A stretch of DNA of 64,000 bases from Pseudomonadota bacterium (GCA_034716535.1 JAYEJW010000243.1:6243-70242); one strand, 5' to 3'; numbered from the stretch's first letter, positions 51,886 through 60,924 are shown. Notes: generated from the letters alone by a model not told the origin. Translations and numbers: made by a program.

Positions 51886-52812
51886 TCAATCGGTCACGGG
51901 CTGCCAGCTCTCGTCCGGATCGTACGTGGAGATGTCCGCAGCCAGCGACGGCGTCTCTTCACCCAAGTCCTTCTGAAACAGAATTCCCGACTGGTTGACC
52001 ATGAAGGTCGTGATGCCTGAATTGCCGTACTCCGCAGGGTGTGCCAGGAGGCCGAATCCCTTGGTCATGTGCCCGTTGTCGACGTATTCTTTGGATCCGC
52101 CCGGTGCGTTCTCGCCCTGGGCCGTGAGGACGCGGTAGTAGTAACCCTGATAGGGGCTCGGCTCGGCGCTTTCCCCGGGCTGGTAGCCCTTCGCGACCGC
52201 TTCGGCCACGAGTCGGCCCATGGGGCTCTGGGGCTCGCCCTCGGCCGTTGGCCAGAAAAGACCGTCGCGCGTGCCCTCGTCGCTCATGAGCTTCTGAGCA
52301 AATTGCCGGATGCCGTCACCGTTGCGGTCCTCGGCCGCATATTCGTATTGGGCGTCCACGTAGACCCTGGTCACGGCGATGGCATGAAGCTCGTTTCGCC
52401 CGACGCGGCGGTTGAGCAGCTCCTCTTTGCCGGCGGCGGCGTCGAAGCGCCAGCCGTCCGGCGCGCGGACCAGCGGGATGGGAAAAGGCCAGTTCTCGTT
52501 GCCGATGGAGAGCATCGCAAGATCGTCACCCTCCTGCTCGATTCGGGCCCCTTCGTCCGTGGCTTCGACGAAGGCCCGGCGCTCTTCTGCGTCGGCCACC
52601 GGGTCTCCCGAGCGGAGATCCTCGGCGCCCGGTCCTAGGATCGCAAGTATCGCGTCGCGGTCCTCCGAGCCGGCGGCCTCGATCAGGGCCTTTACGGCAG
52701 CGTCGGGGCTCGGGTACAGGCTCTGCTCTACCGCCGCCGTGGCACCGGCGAGGATGACCATCAGGGCGCCGCACATCAGCGCGATCCGGTTCGCACGTGG
52801 GTTCGAAATCAT
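51886..52812 (-). CDS. DUF2950-family secreted protein
   Basis: Start MISNPRANRIALMCGALMVILAGA at 52812 (AAGGAG 9 nt upstream). The body (YVDAQYEYAAEDRNGDG...YQGYYYRVLTAQG...GFGLLAHPAEYGNSGITTFMVNQSG) matches what I recall of DUF2950. The 5' 143 codons of the track ORF overlap the DUF3300 tail and are rejected. Confidence 0.7.
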   Translation of the reverse strand: MISNPRANRIALMCGALMVILAGATAAVEQSLYPSPDAAVKALIEAAGSEDRDAILAILGPGAEDLRSGDPVADAEERRAFVEATDEGARIEQEGDDLAMLSIGNENWPFPIPLVRAPDGWRFDAAAGKEELLNRRVGRNELHAIAVTRVYVDAQYEYAAEDRNGDGIRQFAQKLMSDEGTRDGLFWPTAEGEPQSPMGRLVAEAVAKGYQPGESAEPSPYQGYYYRVLTAQGENAPGGSKEYVDNGHMTKGFGLLAHPAEYGNSGITTFMVNQSGILFQKDLGEETPSLAADISTYDPDESWQPVTD

Positions 52813-52864
52813 GTCTGGCATCTCCTTGTACGAGAGAAGTTTTCGGGTTGGCATCCGGGGCCGA

Positions 52865-54295
52865 TCAGCCACGGCGGCCGCTTCCGCTGCGTCCGCCGCC
52901 GCGGGCACCGCCTCCACCGCCGCGCTTCGCCGCCCCGCCGCCGCGGCTGCTTGATCCGCGCTTGCTGGCCGCGCGGTCGAGCCCGCTCCTATCCACTTTA
53001 AAGGCGCTGGAGCGACCCCCGTCTCGCTTTGCCGGCGCTTTGACCTCGCGGCTCGCAGGGCGCTTGACCTCACGCGTCTGCGGGCGCTGCTTCTGGTCGC
53101 GGGTTTGCGCCCGTTTGGTGTCGCGGGACTCCGGACGCTTGGTCTCGCGCGGTGCAGGGCGCTTGGCCTCCCGGCTCTGCGGGCGTTTGACGTCCCCACT
53201 TGCCGGCCTTTTTGCTTCCTGAGTCGCGGGGCGCTTGACATCCCGCGTCTCGGGACGCTTTAGATCAGGTTGGCCCTGGCGGTCCCGGCCGCGCGCAGCA
53301 TCGCGGTCGATGCGGTTGTCCTGCCTTGCGCCGGCGTACTTTTGCTTGGTCTCCTGGTTGCGGTAACGGACCCCGCCGCGGCGTTCCGGATTGTGCTCCC
53401 ACTTCGTGAAGTCGTTGCCGACGATGCCGCGGTTGATGTTGACGTCACCCCGCTGGATATTCACGTTGCGGTTGATGTTCTCAGGCCTTCTCCAGCCGCC
53501 TCCCCAGTAGCCGGGATTGTTCCAGTAGCCGGGTCTGCCGTAATAGCCGCGGCCCCCGTAATAGACCCGGTAATCGTTCCTGTCCCAGAGAATGGCCGCG
53601 GTCAGCAGACCGCCGACCAGAGCGCCGACGCCGAAGCTCACCAGGTTGTCGCTGCTCGATGAGCCGGAGTCCGTGACGTAGGTGGTGGTCGGGGTGGTAT
53701 AGGTCGCGGGGTAGTACGTGGTTGCCGGCGGCGCTGTCTGGCCGTACACCGTGGAGGGGTTGTAAGCGGGTACGTAGACGACCTGCGGATCCGCCGGCTG
53801 GACGACGATGGTATCGCCTTCGGTCTCGACCTGTTGCTGCTCGGTCGTCTGCAGGTTTCCGGCATCCTGGGCCTCCTTGCGCAGGCGCTGAACCGCATCC
53901 ATGACGTCGTCGTCTTGGGCGAGCATGGCGTCCCCCAGGTCCTGGGTCCAGTCCAGATTGTCGTTCATGTAGTCCAGCACGTCCGGGAAGAACACCAGCG
54001 TCTTGACGCTCTGGTCCCAGGGCTCCGCCTCGGTGGCCTGCTCCAGGGCCTCGCCTTCGAGGTCCGGGTGGCCCTTGAGCCAACGTGCGGCCTGCACCAG
54101 GTCCAGAGGGTAGGTGGAGGCCATGAGCAACTGGGCCAGTAGCGCATCCGGGTACAGGGCAATGGGCGCGACCAACTGCTCGATCTGGTCCGGTGGGAAT
54201 AGCTCGCGATCCGGCTGTTCTTCGGCCACCAGTGCGCCGTGAAAAAGCCACAGTGCCGTGAGCCAGGCCACCGTCAGGCGTTTGAGTGTCTCCAT
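52865..54295 (-). CDS. DUF3300-family secreted protein with basic repeat tail
   Basis: Start METLKRLTVAWLTALWLF at 54295 (SD GGAGG). LVAPIALYPDALLAQLLMASTYPLDLVQAARW is the DUF3300 signature. There is a central Tyr/Gly/Pro-rich region and a C-terminal KRP repeat plus a Gly/Arg tail. Confidence 0.72.
   Translation of the reverse strand: METLKRLTVAWLTALWLFHGALVAEEQPDRELFPPDQIEQLVAPIALYPDALLAQLLMASTYPLDLVQAARWLKGHPDLEGEALEQATEAEPWDQSVKTLVFFPDVLDYMNDNLDWTQDLGDAMLAQDDDVMDAVQRLRKEAQDAGNLQTTEQQQVETEGDTIVVQPADPQVVYVPAYNPSTVYGQTAPPATTYYPATYTTPTTTYVTDSGSSSSDNLVSFGVGALVGGLLTAAILWDRNDYRVYYGGRGYYGRPGYWNNPGYWGGGWRRPENINRNVNIQRGDVNINRGIVGNDFTKWEHNPERRGGVRYRNQETKQKYAGARQDNRIDRDAARGRDRQGQPDLKRPETRDVKRPATQEAKRPASGDVKRPQSREAKRPAPRETKRPESRDTKRAQTRDQKQRPQTREVKRPASREVKAPAKRDGGRSSAFKVDRSGLDRAASKRGSSSRGGGAAKRGGGGGARGGGRSGSGRRG
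53024..53266 (-). repeat. Ten tandem 24-nt (octapeptide) repeats encoding x-x-K-R-P-x-x-R inside the DUF3300 gene
   Basis: Translated units: DLKRPETR DVKRPATQ EAKRPASG DVKRPQSR EAKRPAPR ETKRPESR DTKRAQTR DQKQRPQTR EVKRPASR EVKAPAKR. Confidence 0.85.
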
Positions 54296-54570
54296 GTGCT
54301 CGCCTCCGCTTGGGGTTGTCGGTCTAAGCGATTCATTCCGAAAACCGGCCCAGAAAGCACCAATTTGCCAAGGGGCTGGTACCTGCCCGGCCAGGTTGCG
54401 GAATTCAAGCTTCAACATAAGGGCTTTGATCGGGAACAAAAAATCGGTAGCTTCACTCTTCAGTGGACCCGGTTCGGGGTTGGTCTGGGATCTTCATGAC
54501 GACGACGCGCAACTCCTTTGCCGATATGTCGGCGGTCAGTAGTCCGGTGGCACCTCTCCACGGTTCAGGA

Positions 54571-55149
54571 TCAGGGGCGGGCGATCGGTTGGCCACGGCT
54601 GGTGAAGGAGAGGTTGTGGGACCTGTCCACGCCGATCATGACGGCCTCGACGATCGGCGGGTTGACCTCCCGGTCAGCCGACCACTCGACGATGAAGTTG
54701 GCGCCTGAGCCGCCCTCCGTGTCCCGCTTCTCCACCAGGTACGACACAGTCTCCAGGGGCCCCAGGGTGATCGGTGCTTCCGCGTATTCGCGGATCATCT
54801 GGCCCTGGGTGTCAAAGTAACGGACGCGATCGACACGGATCGATCGCTCCGGGTCGGTATTGCGCACGCTGAGCGTGACCTCGAGTAGGAATGCCTCGCC
54901 GCCGCGGGAGTAGATATGCGAATAGGCGGGGACGTACACCGCGGGACCTATGGAGCTTGCGGCCGGTTGCGCCGGTTGAGCGGCGGTCCCGGGTTGGGGC
55001 GGCCGGAAGCTCAACTGGTCCTCGATGGTCTCGAGTCGGCTGCCCACGTACAGCATCGTCAGGATGATCGCGAGCACGGCGGCGCTGGCAACAATGGACA
55101 GGGCGATCGGGACCTTCTTCTTCCGGTCGGCGGCGGTGGGTTCTGGCAT
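54571..55149 (-). CDS. DUF3124-domain protein with N-terminal membrane anchor
   Basis: Anchor IALSIVASAAVLAIILTMLYV. VYVPAYSHIYSRGGEAFLLEVTLSVRNTD...VRYFDTQG...ANFIVEW resembles the DUF3124 core. Confidence 0.6.
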   Translation of the reverse strand: MPEPTAADRKKKVPIALSIVASAAVLAIILTMLYVGSRLETIEDQLSFRPPQPGTAAQPAQPAASSIGPAVYVPAYSHIYSRGGEAFLLEVTLSVRNTDPERSIRVDRVRYFDTQGQMIREYAEAPITLGPLETVSYLVEKRDTEGGSGANFIVEWSADREVNPPIVEAVMIGVDRSHNLSFTSRGQPIARP

Positions 55150-55210
55150 GACTGATTTCGTCCTCTAAATTGCTCGGAATCAGGCTCGCTCAGGCGAATG
55201 CCAATAGTCC

Positions 55211-56176
55211 CTAGTTTCCGCGACCCAGTAGGGATTCGACCAGGTGCTGAGCCACGAGCCCGTGCCCCTCTTCGTTGAGGTGCCATACGTCCATCGCAAA
55301 GGCGCGGGGCATGGCACCTTGGGCAAGCGGTGATTCCAGAAGATTCAACACCGCCACACCCTTTTCCGAGAGCTGCCTGTCGATCTCTTCATGCGTGTGG
55401 GCGAGCGGATAGTCGGCGAATCCGTCTTCCGGGAAGACAGGAACGAGCGCTACGAAAAATTCCGCTCCTTCGGCTGCAAGCCTGTTCTTTATCTCAACAA
55501 TCCGTTCGAAGACCAGCGCCTTATTCTTCCGGAAATGATAGTCGTGGTACTCGGAGAATTGCTGAAAAAATTTCTCCAGGCGTAACAGGAAGAAGCTGTC
55601 CGGCTTGCGGAAGTACTTCATCTTTCCCGCGGAGTCGCCTTCCAGGTCGAAGTCGTTCATGCACATCACGTAAACGACGATGTCTGGACTGAACGGCATG
55701 GCCCTCTCACCGATCAGCTCCATGACCTGGATGGCGTTGTAGCCGTCGACGGCGAAGCCGAGGGTCTCGATCTCGGCAGTCGGGAAGCGGGTTCGCCCGA
55801 GGGCCTCGACACGTCGAACGAAGGTCCGATCAAGATCGACACCGATACCCAGGGTTACGGAATCCCCTGCGAAGGCAATCCGCAGTACGCCTTCTCTCTT
55901 GTCCCGCTCATGCTCCCGGTCCCGGAATCCGTGGCGGTTCGTCCTGATGACCGAGCCCCATTTTTCGACCTCTCCGTTGGAACGATACTCCCACAGCATC
56001 GTCGCGTTCTCTGATGGCACCGTGAGCTTTCCGTACCAATCGCCCGTTTCCTCGAACTCGGACTTCCAATTGTCGTATTCATAGCTTTTCCAAAGCTCGT
56101 AGGCCCCGACGAACAGCGCCAGAGCGAGCAGCGTGCTGACGGCGGACAGCAGGGCGTCGGACCAGAATTTCCTCAT
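55211..56176 (-). CDS. SGNH/GDSL-family hydrolase with N-terminal TM anchor
   Basis: Start MRKFWSDALLSAVSTLLALALFVGA at 56176. Block I is IAFAGDSVTLG (GDS). The late DVWHLNEEGH provides the D-x-x-H catalytic pair. Confidence 0.7.
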   Translation of the reverse strand: MRKFWSDALLSAVSTLLALALFVGAYELWKSYEYDNWKSEFEETGDWYGKLTVPSENATMLWEYRSNGEVEKWGSVIRTNRHGFRDREHERDKREGVLRIAFAGDSVTLGIGVDLDRTFVRRVEALGRTRFPTAEIETLGFAVDGYNAIQVMELIGERAMPFSPDIVVYVMCMNDFDLEGDSAGKMKYFRKPDSFFLLRLEKFFQQFSEYHDYHFRKNKALVFERIVEIKNRLAAEGAEFFVALVPVFPEDGFADYPLAHTHEEIDRQLSEKGVAVLNLLESPLAQGAMPRAFAMDVWHLNEEGHGLVAQHLVESLLGRGN

Positions 56177-56306
56177 CGTTTTTCGATAGATCGCAACCGG
56201 CCGCGAGTTTGACAGATCCCCGACATGCTCACAAGATAACGCTCCGCCCGGTCTTCCCTCGTCCACACCTTTCCGCCCCGAGTCCCCAAACGGTAACATT
56301 TTCACC

Positions 56307-58151
56307 TTGGCCATCAATATCCTTGGATTATCGGCTTACTATCACGACAGCGCGGCAGCATTGGTGCGCGACGGAGAGGTCATGGCCGCTGCGCAGGAGG
56401 AGCGCTTCAGCCGCAGGAAGCACGATGCGCGTTTCCCGCGCGAGGCGATCGACTATTGTCTGCGCGAAGGGGGCCTGGGGCTCGGAGAGATCGATCAGGT
56501 TGTTTTCTACGACAAGCCGTTGGTCAAGTTCGAGCGCCTGCTCGAGACGTACCTGAGCTATGTTCCCCGCGGGTTCCGCTCCTTTGTGGCGGCGATGCCG
56601 GTCTGGCTGAAGGACAAGCTGTTCCTGAAGGAAACGCTGAAGAAGGAGCTCGAGGCCGTCGGCAACCTCCAGCGGCGCGAGCTTCCCGCGCTGATGTTCT
56701 CCGAGCATCATCGGTCCCACGCCGCCTCGGCCTTTTTCGCAAGCCCTTACCGACGCGCGGCGGTGCTCTGCCTCGACGGCGTCGGCGAGTGGGCCACCAC
56801 CTCGGTGTGGCTGGGCGAGGAAAACCGTTTGATTCCCCAGTGGGAGATCGATTTCCCCCATTCCCTGGGCCTGCTCTATTCGGCTTTCACCTATTACACC
56901 GGATTCAAGGTCAACTCCGGCGAGTACAAGCTGATGGGCCTGGCGCCTTACGGCGAGCCGAAGTATGTCGACGTCATTCTGCGGGAGCTGATGGATCTCA
57001 AGCCCGACGGGACGTTCCGGTTGGATATGCGCTATTTCGATTATGCAACCGGCCTGACCATGACCAACCGGCGCTTCGACACCCTCTTCGGCGGCCCCCC
57101 GCGGAAGCCGGAGAGCCGTATCGGCCAGCGCGAGATGGATCTGGCGGCATCCATACAAAGGGTTACCGAGGAGGTGGTTCTGCGTCTTGCACACACGCTC
57201 CACCGGGAGCTGAAGATGGACCGTCTGTGTCTCGCCGGTGGCGTGGCCTTGAACTGCGTCGCCAACGGCCGCGTCTTGCGCGAAGGTCCGTTCCGGGACA
57301 TCTGGGTCCAGCCCGCGGCGGGGGACGCCGGCGGCGCCCTGGGTGCCGCGCTTGCCGCCTGGCACGAGTACCACCAGGGGCCGCGTCTTACCGACGGGGC
57401 AGACGGTATGCAGGGGTCCTATCTCGGTCCCCGCTTCACCAACGCAGAGATCACCGGTTATCTGGACGGCATCGGGGCCAAGTATCTTGTGCTCGACGAT
57501 GAGCAACTGATGCCGACTCTCGCCGAGCTTCTCGAGCAGGAGAAGGTGGTCGGCTGGCTGCAAGGGCGCATGGAATTCGGGCCCCGTGCCCTTGGCGGAC
57601 GCTCCATCATCGGCGATCCGCGCAGCACCAAGATGCAATCGGTGATGAACCTCAAGATCAAATATCGGGAGTCGTTCCGACCCTTTGCCCCCGCCGTCAA
57701 GGAAGACAAGGTCTCGGATTGGTTCGAGCATGCTCGCAGCAGTCCTTACATGCTGTTGGTGGCGCCCGTGGCCCAGGGGCGTCGCATCGCCATGACGGAT
57801 AAGCAGAAGGACCTGTTCGGTATCGACAAGCTCAAGGTCCCCCGTTCAGAGATCCCGGCGGTCACCCACGTGGACTACTCGGCCAGGATCCAGACGGTGC
57901 ACCCCGAGACCAATCCCCGTTTTTATCGCCTGCTGGATGCGTTCGAGCGAAGGACCGGTTGCCCTGTCTTGATCAACACCTCGTTCAATGTGCGCGGCGA
58001 GCCCATCGTCTGCTCCCCGGAAGACGCCTACCGGTGCTTCATGCGCACCGAGATGGACTATCTGGTGATGGAGAACGTCCTGCTGGCCAAGTCGGAACAG
58101 CCCGAGTGGTCCGAAGAAGACGACTGGCGCGATGAGTTCGGGTTGGATTGA
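56307..58151 (+). CDS. Carbamoyltransferase (NodU/CmcH family)
   Basis: INILGLSAYYHDSAAALVRDGEVMAAAQEERFSRRKHD (ASKHA-like N-domain). The C-terminal YrdC/Kae1-like part has NTSFNVRGEPIV. The start appears to be TTG at 56307 with no obvious SD. Confidence 0.88.
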   Translation: MAINILGLSAYYHDSAAALVRDGEVMAAAQEERFSRRKHDARFPREAIDYCLREGGLGLGEIDQVVFYDKPLVKFERLLETYLSYVPRGFRSFVAAMPVWLKDKLFLKETLKKELEAVGNLQRRELPALMFSEHHRSHAASAFFASPYRRAAVLCLDGVGEWATTSVWLGEENRLIPQWEIDFPHSLGLLYSAFTYYTGFKVNSGEYKLMGLAPYGEPKYVDVILRELMDLKPDGTFRLDMRYFDYATGLTMTNRRFDTLFGGPPRKPESRIGQREMDLAASIQRVTEEVVLRLAHTLHRELKMDRLCLAGGVALNCVANGRVLREGPFRDIWVQPAAGDAGGALGAALAAWHEYHQGPRLTDGADGMQGSYLGPRFTNAEITGYLDGIGAKYLVLDDEQLMPTLAELLEQEKVVGWLQGRMEFGPRALGGRSIIGDPRSTKMQSVMNLKIKYRESFRPFAPAVKEDKVSDWFEHARSSPYMLLVAPVAQGRRIAMTDKQKDLFGIDKLKVPRSEIPAVTHVDYSARIQTVHPETNPRFYRLLDAFERRTGCPVLINTSFNVRGEPIVCSPEDAYRCFMRTEMDYLVMENVLLAKSEQPEWSEEDDWRDEFGLD

Positions 58152-58564
58152 TGATGACTGAGATGCCTGTCGCGGTTGAAAAGAAAGCACTTCGTGAGTT
58201 CGGTTTGGTCACCGGCGGTATCGTCGCGGTGCTCTTCGGGCTGGTTCTTCCCTGGCTTTTCGGGGCCGCAGAGTTTCCCCGCTGGCCCTGGTTTGTCGGC
58301 GCCCTGCTCGCAACCTGGGGCCTTTCTTGGCCGGCGGGCCTCGGGCCCGTCTACCGGGGCTGGATGAAACTCGGCCACGCGCTCGGCTGGGTCAATACAA
58401 GGATCCTGCTCGGTATCCTGTTCTTCCTGCTATTCCTTCCCGCCGGGCTGATCATGCGCCTCTTGGGCAAAGACCCGATGGCGCGCAAACGGGATTCCGG
58501 CGCCACCAGTTACCGGGTCGCCAGCAAGGATCAGCCGCGGGACCACCTGGAGAGGCCTTACTGA
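58151..58564 (+). CDS. SxtJ-family small membrane protein
   Basis: ATG at 58151 overlaps the carbamoyltransferase stop codon by 1 nt (TGATG). KKALREFGLVTGGIVAVLFGLVLPWL...W...GWMKLGHALGWVNTRILLGILFFLLF matches what I recall of SxtJ-like proteins found next to carbamoyltransferases. Confidence 0.65.
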   Translation: MMTEMPVAVEKKALREFGLVTGGIVAVLFGLVLPWLFGAAEFPRWPWFVGALLATWGLSWPAGLGPVYRGWMKLGHALGWVNTRILLGILFFLLFLPAGLIMRLLGKDPMARKRDSGATSYRVASKDQPRDHLERPY

Positions 58565-58716
58565 TGCTCGACCTGCTCAAGGACCTTTGGGGTTTCATGA
58601 AGACGCGGAAGAAGTTCTGGCTGGCACCCATCATCATCGTGATGCTGCTCCTCGGCGGCCTGATGGTGCTGACTCAGGGCTCTGCGGTCGCACCCTTCAT
58701 CTACACTTTGTTCTGA
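58564..58716 (+). CDS. DUF5989-family 50-aa membrane peptide
   Basis: ATG at 58564 overlaps the SxtJ stop (CTGATG). MLDLLKDLWGFMKTRKKFWLAPIIIVMLLLGGLMVLTQGSAVAPFIYTLF is near-identical in pattern to the DUF5989 consensus as I recall it. Confidence 0.65.
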   Translation: MLDLLKDLWGFMKTRKKFWLAPIIIVMLLLGGLMVLTQGSAVAPFIYTLF

Positions 58717-58825
58717 TGGGCGGACTTAGTGGAATCATCGGGGCGTTTCTGAACCTTGCGGGATCTTGATGTCGGCGGCTGAGCAGTTACCCAGGGGTCC
58801 CGTACCTCCGGAGGAAGAGCGCTGA

Positions 58826-60736
58826 ATGGATCTTCGGCCCGCACCCGCCCGCTGGTTCGAGATCGTCGTCCCGACAGAGGACGCTCACGACACCATGGAG
58901 GTGCTTGCCCGCCGTGGCCGCGTCCAATTCGAATGGAAGGGCGAGCACAGTGTCGCCGCGCAGCTGGAGCCCTTGCGGGAGCCGATCGCCGGTTACCGAA
59001 CGTTCGCACGTCAGTTCGAGCGGTTCTGGCCGGAACCCGTATTCGAGGCGCGCTGCTGCACGCTTCCGGTGGAGATCGCCGCCCAGGCGGCGATTCGGCA
59101 GATCGAGCGCTGGCGCGAGGCCGCCGGGCCTTTGCTGGAACGTCTGAATCGCCTTCAGCGCCAACAGCAGGAGCTGGACCTGTGGCGGCCGCTGCTGGCA
59201 TCCCTTGCCATTTCGGGCTCTTCCTTTGATTTTGGGGCTCTGGCCGCCGCCGGACCGGTTCTTGCTGGTTACGCTCTCCTGTTGCCCGAAGCAGGGGAGC
59301 CGCCCGGGCCGTCCGGCGCCCTTTGGGCAGAGACCCGGTTCGAAGACAAGCGTGCCCTCCTGGGCCTGATTCCTCGGGACGACCTTCCCCTGTTGTGTGA
59401 GCGGGCTCGCGCTCGTGGTGCCGACTGTCTCTCTGTTCCTGATTGGTTCGCCGGGACGGCTGATGAGTGCAGCGCTGAGCTGCCTTATTGCATCATGGAA
59501 CAGGAGCGTCAGGCGGAACACCTGGAGCAGGAGTTGCGCAAGCTTGCCGAGGATCTCGGCATCGACCACGCCGCCGGGGTTCTGGAGCGGCTCGACTGGT
59601 TCCAGCGCACTGCCGAGAATATTTCTTGCGACAGCCGCTACTGCTGGATTACCGGTTGGACCAGCGAGGAGGACTCGGGAGCCATCAACAGGGCGCTGCG
59701 GGAGGTTGGCGTTGAATCGTCCGTCGAGTTCGTGGAGCCGCCGCAGGATGCATCCTTACCTTCGGTGACCCGAAATCCGGCCTGGTTGCAGCCGTTCGAG
59801 GTGTTCACGCACGCCGTCGGCGTACCCGGCGTGCGGGAAGCGGACCCGACGACCTGGGTCGCCCTGCTGGTGCCGCTGATGTTCGGCTACATGTGCGGCG
59901 ACATCGGGCACGGGGCCGTGATCCTGACGGCGGGGTTGCTCCTGAGGGGCCGCACCGAGCTGTGGCCCCTTTTCCTGTTCTGCGGCATTGCGTCCATGGG
60001 CTTCGGTTTCGCCTACGGCGATGTGTTCGGATTCGAGCACCTGATCGAACCGCTCTGGGTCCACCCGCTGGCTCAACCCTTCACCCTGTTGTTGGTGCCC
60101 GTCGTTGCGGGCGCCCTGGTGCTGACCGTAGGCGTGTTGCTGCACTTCGTTCAGACCTGCTGGAGGGGACAGGGGAGATCGGAGGGAGTCGCGGACGTCG
60201 CCCAGTTGCTCGTCTATTGGGGCATCATACTGGCCTTCCTGGATGTGCGTTTCGGGTGGCTGTGTCTCGCCGGCGCCTCCCTCTGTATCGTCAACCGGCT
60301 GTGGACCGAGCGATCGGCGACGGCGCTCCTGATTGGAATCGGCCAACAGATCCAGAACACCTTCGAGCTCTTGCTCAATACCCTGTCGTTCGCGCGCGTC
60401 GGCGCCTTCGCCCTAGCCCACGCGGCGTTGGAGTCCGCGGTCATAGCGATCGCCGATGGTGTTTCGACCCTGGCGGTTGCGGTGGTCATCATCGTCGTGG
60501 GGAATCTGCTGGTCATTGTCGTCGAAGGCCTAGTCGTTGGCATTCAGACGACACGTCTGGTGCTGTTTGAGTTCTTCATGCGGTTCTTCGAGGGGACGGG
60601 CCAGCGATTCCAGCCGGCGTCGCTTCCGCCCACCGACGCTCGCACCAAAGACGGCCGTGACCGTGCAAGTAGGCGCCGAAGGCGCTCCTCGTCCCCCTCT
60701 CCCCCCGGGAGAGGGCCGGGGAGAGGGCAATTGTGA
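58826..60736 (+). CDS. V/A-type ATPase subunit I (a-subunit, 116-kDa family) homologue, orphan
   Basis: 636 aa: an N-terminal ~310-aa soluble domain, then 7-8 TM helices. FEVFTHAVGVPGVREADPTTWVALLVPLMFGYMCGDIGHG and LSFARVGAFALAHAAL (stator Arg helix) match V_ATPase_I family hallmarks. VLFEFFMRFFEGTGQRFQP is a typical family C-terminus. The last ~35 codons run into a REP-like palindrome, so the real C-terminus is uncertain. Confidence 0.7.
   Translation: MDLRPAPARWFEIVVPTEDAHDTMEVLARRGRVQFEWKGEHSVAAQLEPLREPIAGYRTFARQFERFWPEPVFEARCCTLPVEIAAQAAIRQIERWREAAGPLLERLNRLQRQQQELDLWRPLLASLAISGSSFDFGALAAAGPVLAGYALLLPEAGEPPGPSGALWAETRFEDKRALLGLIPRDDLPLLCERARARGADCLSVPDWFAGTADECSAELPYCIMEQERQAEHLEQELRKLAEDLGIDHAAGVLERLDWFQRTAENISCDSRYCWITGWTSEEDSGAINRALREVGVESSVEFVEPPQDASLPSVTRNPAWLQPFEVFTHAVGVPGVREADPTTWVALLVPLMFGYMCGDIGHGAVILTAGLLLRGRTELWPLFLFCGIASMGFGFAYGDVFGFEHLIEPLWVHPLAQPFTLLLVPVVAGALVLTVGVLLHFVQTCWRGQGRSEGVADVAQLLVYWGIILAFLDVRFGWLCLAGASLCIVNRLWTERSATALLIGIGQQIQNTFELLLNTLSFARVGAFALAHAALESAVIAIADGVSTLAVAVVIIVVGNLLVIVVEGLVVGIQTTRLVLFEFFMRFFEGTGQRFQPASLPPTDARTKDGRDRASRRRRRSSSPSPPGRGPGRGQL
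60695..60727. repeat. REP-like GC-rich palindromic element, copy 1
   Basis: CCCTCTCCC-CCC-GGGAGAGGG-CCG-GGGAGAGGG. The 21-mer GGGAGAGGGCCGGGGAGAGGG (60707-60727) is repeated exactly at 60783-60803. Confidence 0.85.
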
Positions 60737-60767
60737 ACAAATGTTCCATGGACGGAACAACAGTTTT

Positions 60768-60803
60768 CTCCCTCTCCCGTTTGGGAGAGGGCCGGGGAGA
60801 GGG
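60768..60803. repeat. REP-like GC-rich palindromic element, copy 2
   Basis: CTCCCTCTCCC-GTTT-GGGAGAGGG-CCG-GGGAGAGGG, a direct copy of element 1 located 76 nt downstream. Confidence 0.85.
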
Positions 60804-60924
60804 TCTTCCTCATGACAGCCGTGTTTTCATGCTCCGGGGCGACACGCGTGTCATGATGGGTTAGGCTACACTGGCATTTCGGCTAAGCGATTGGCTTCTC
60901 CGTCCTTTTCGGTCCGGGGCCGCG

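Noticed and set aside
51886-53241. Full 451-aa version of the DUF2950 ORF
   Set aside because: The first 143 codons overlap the DUF3300 repeat tail in another frame and are Arg/Ala/Ser low complexity. A good SD and a signal-peptide-like start exist at 52812.
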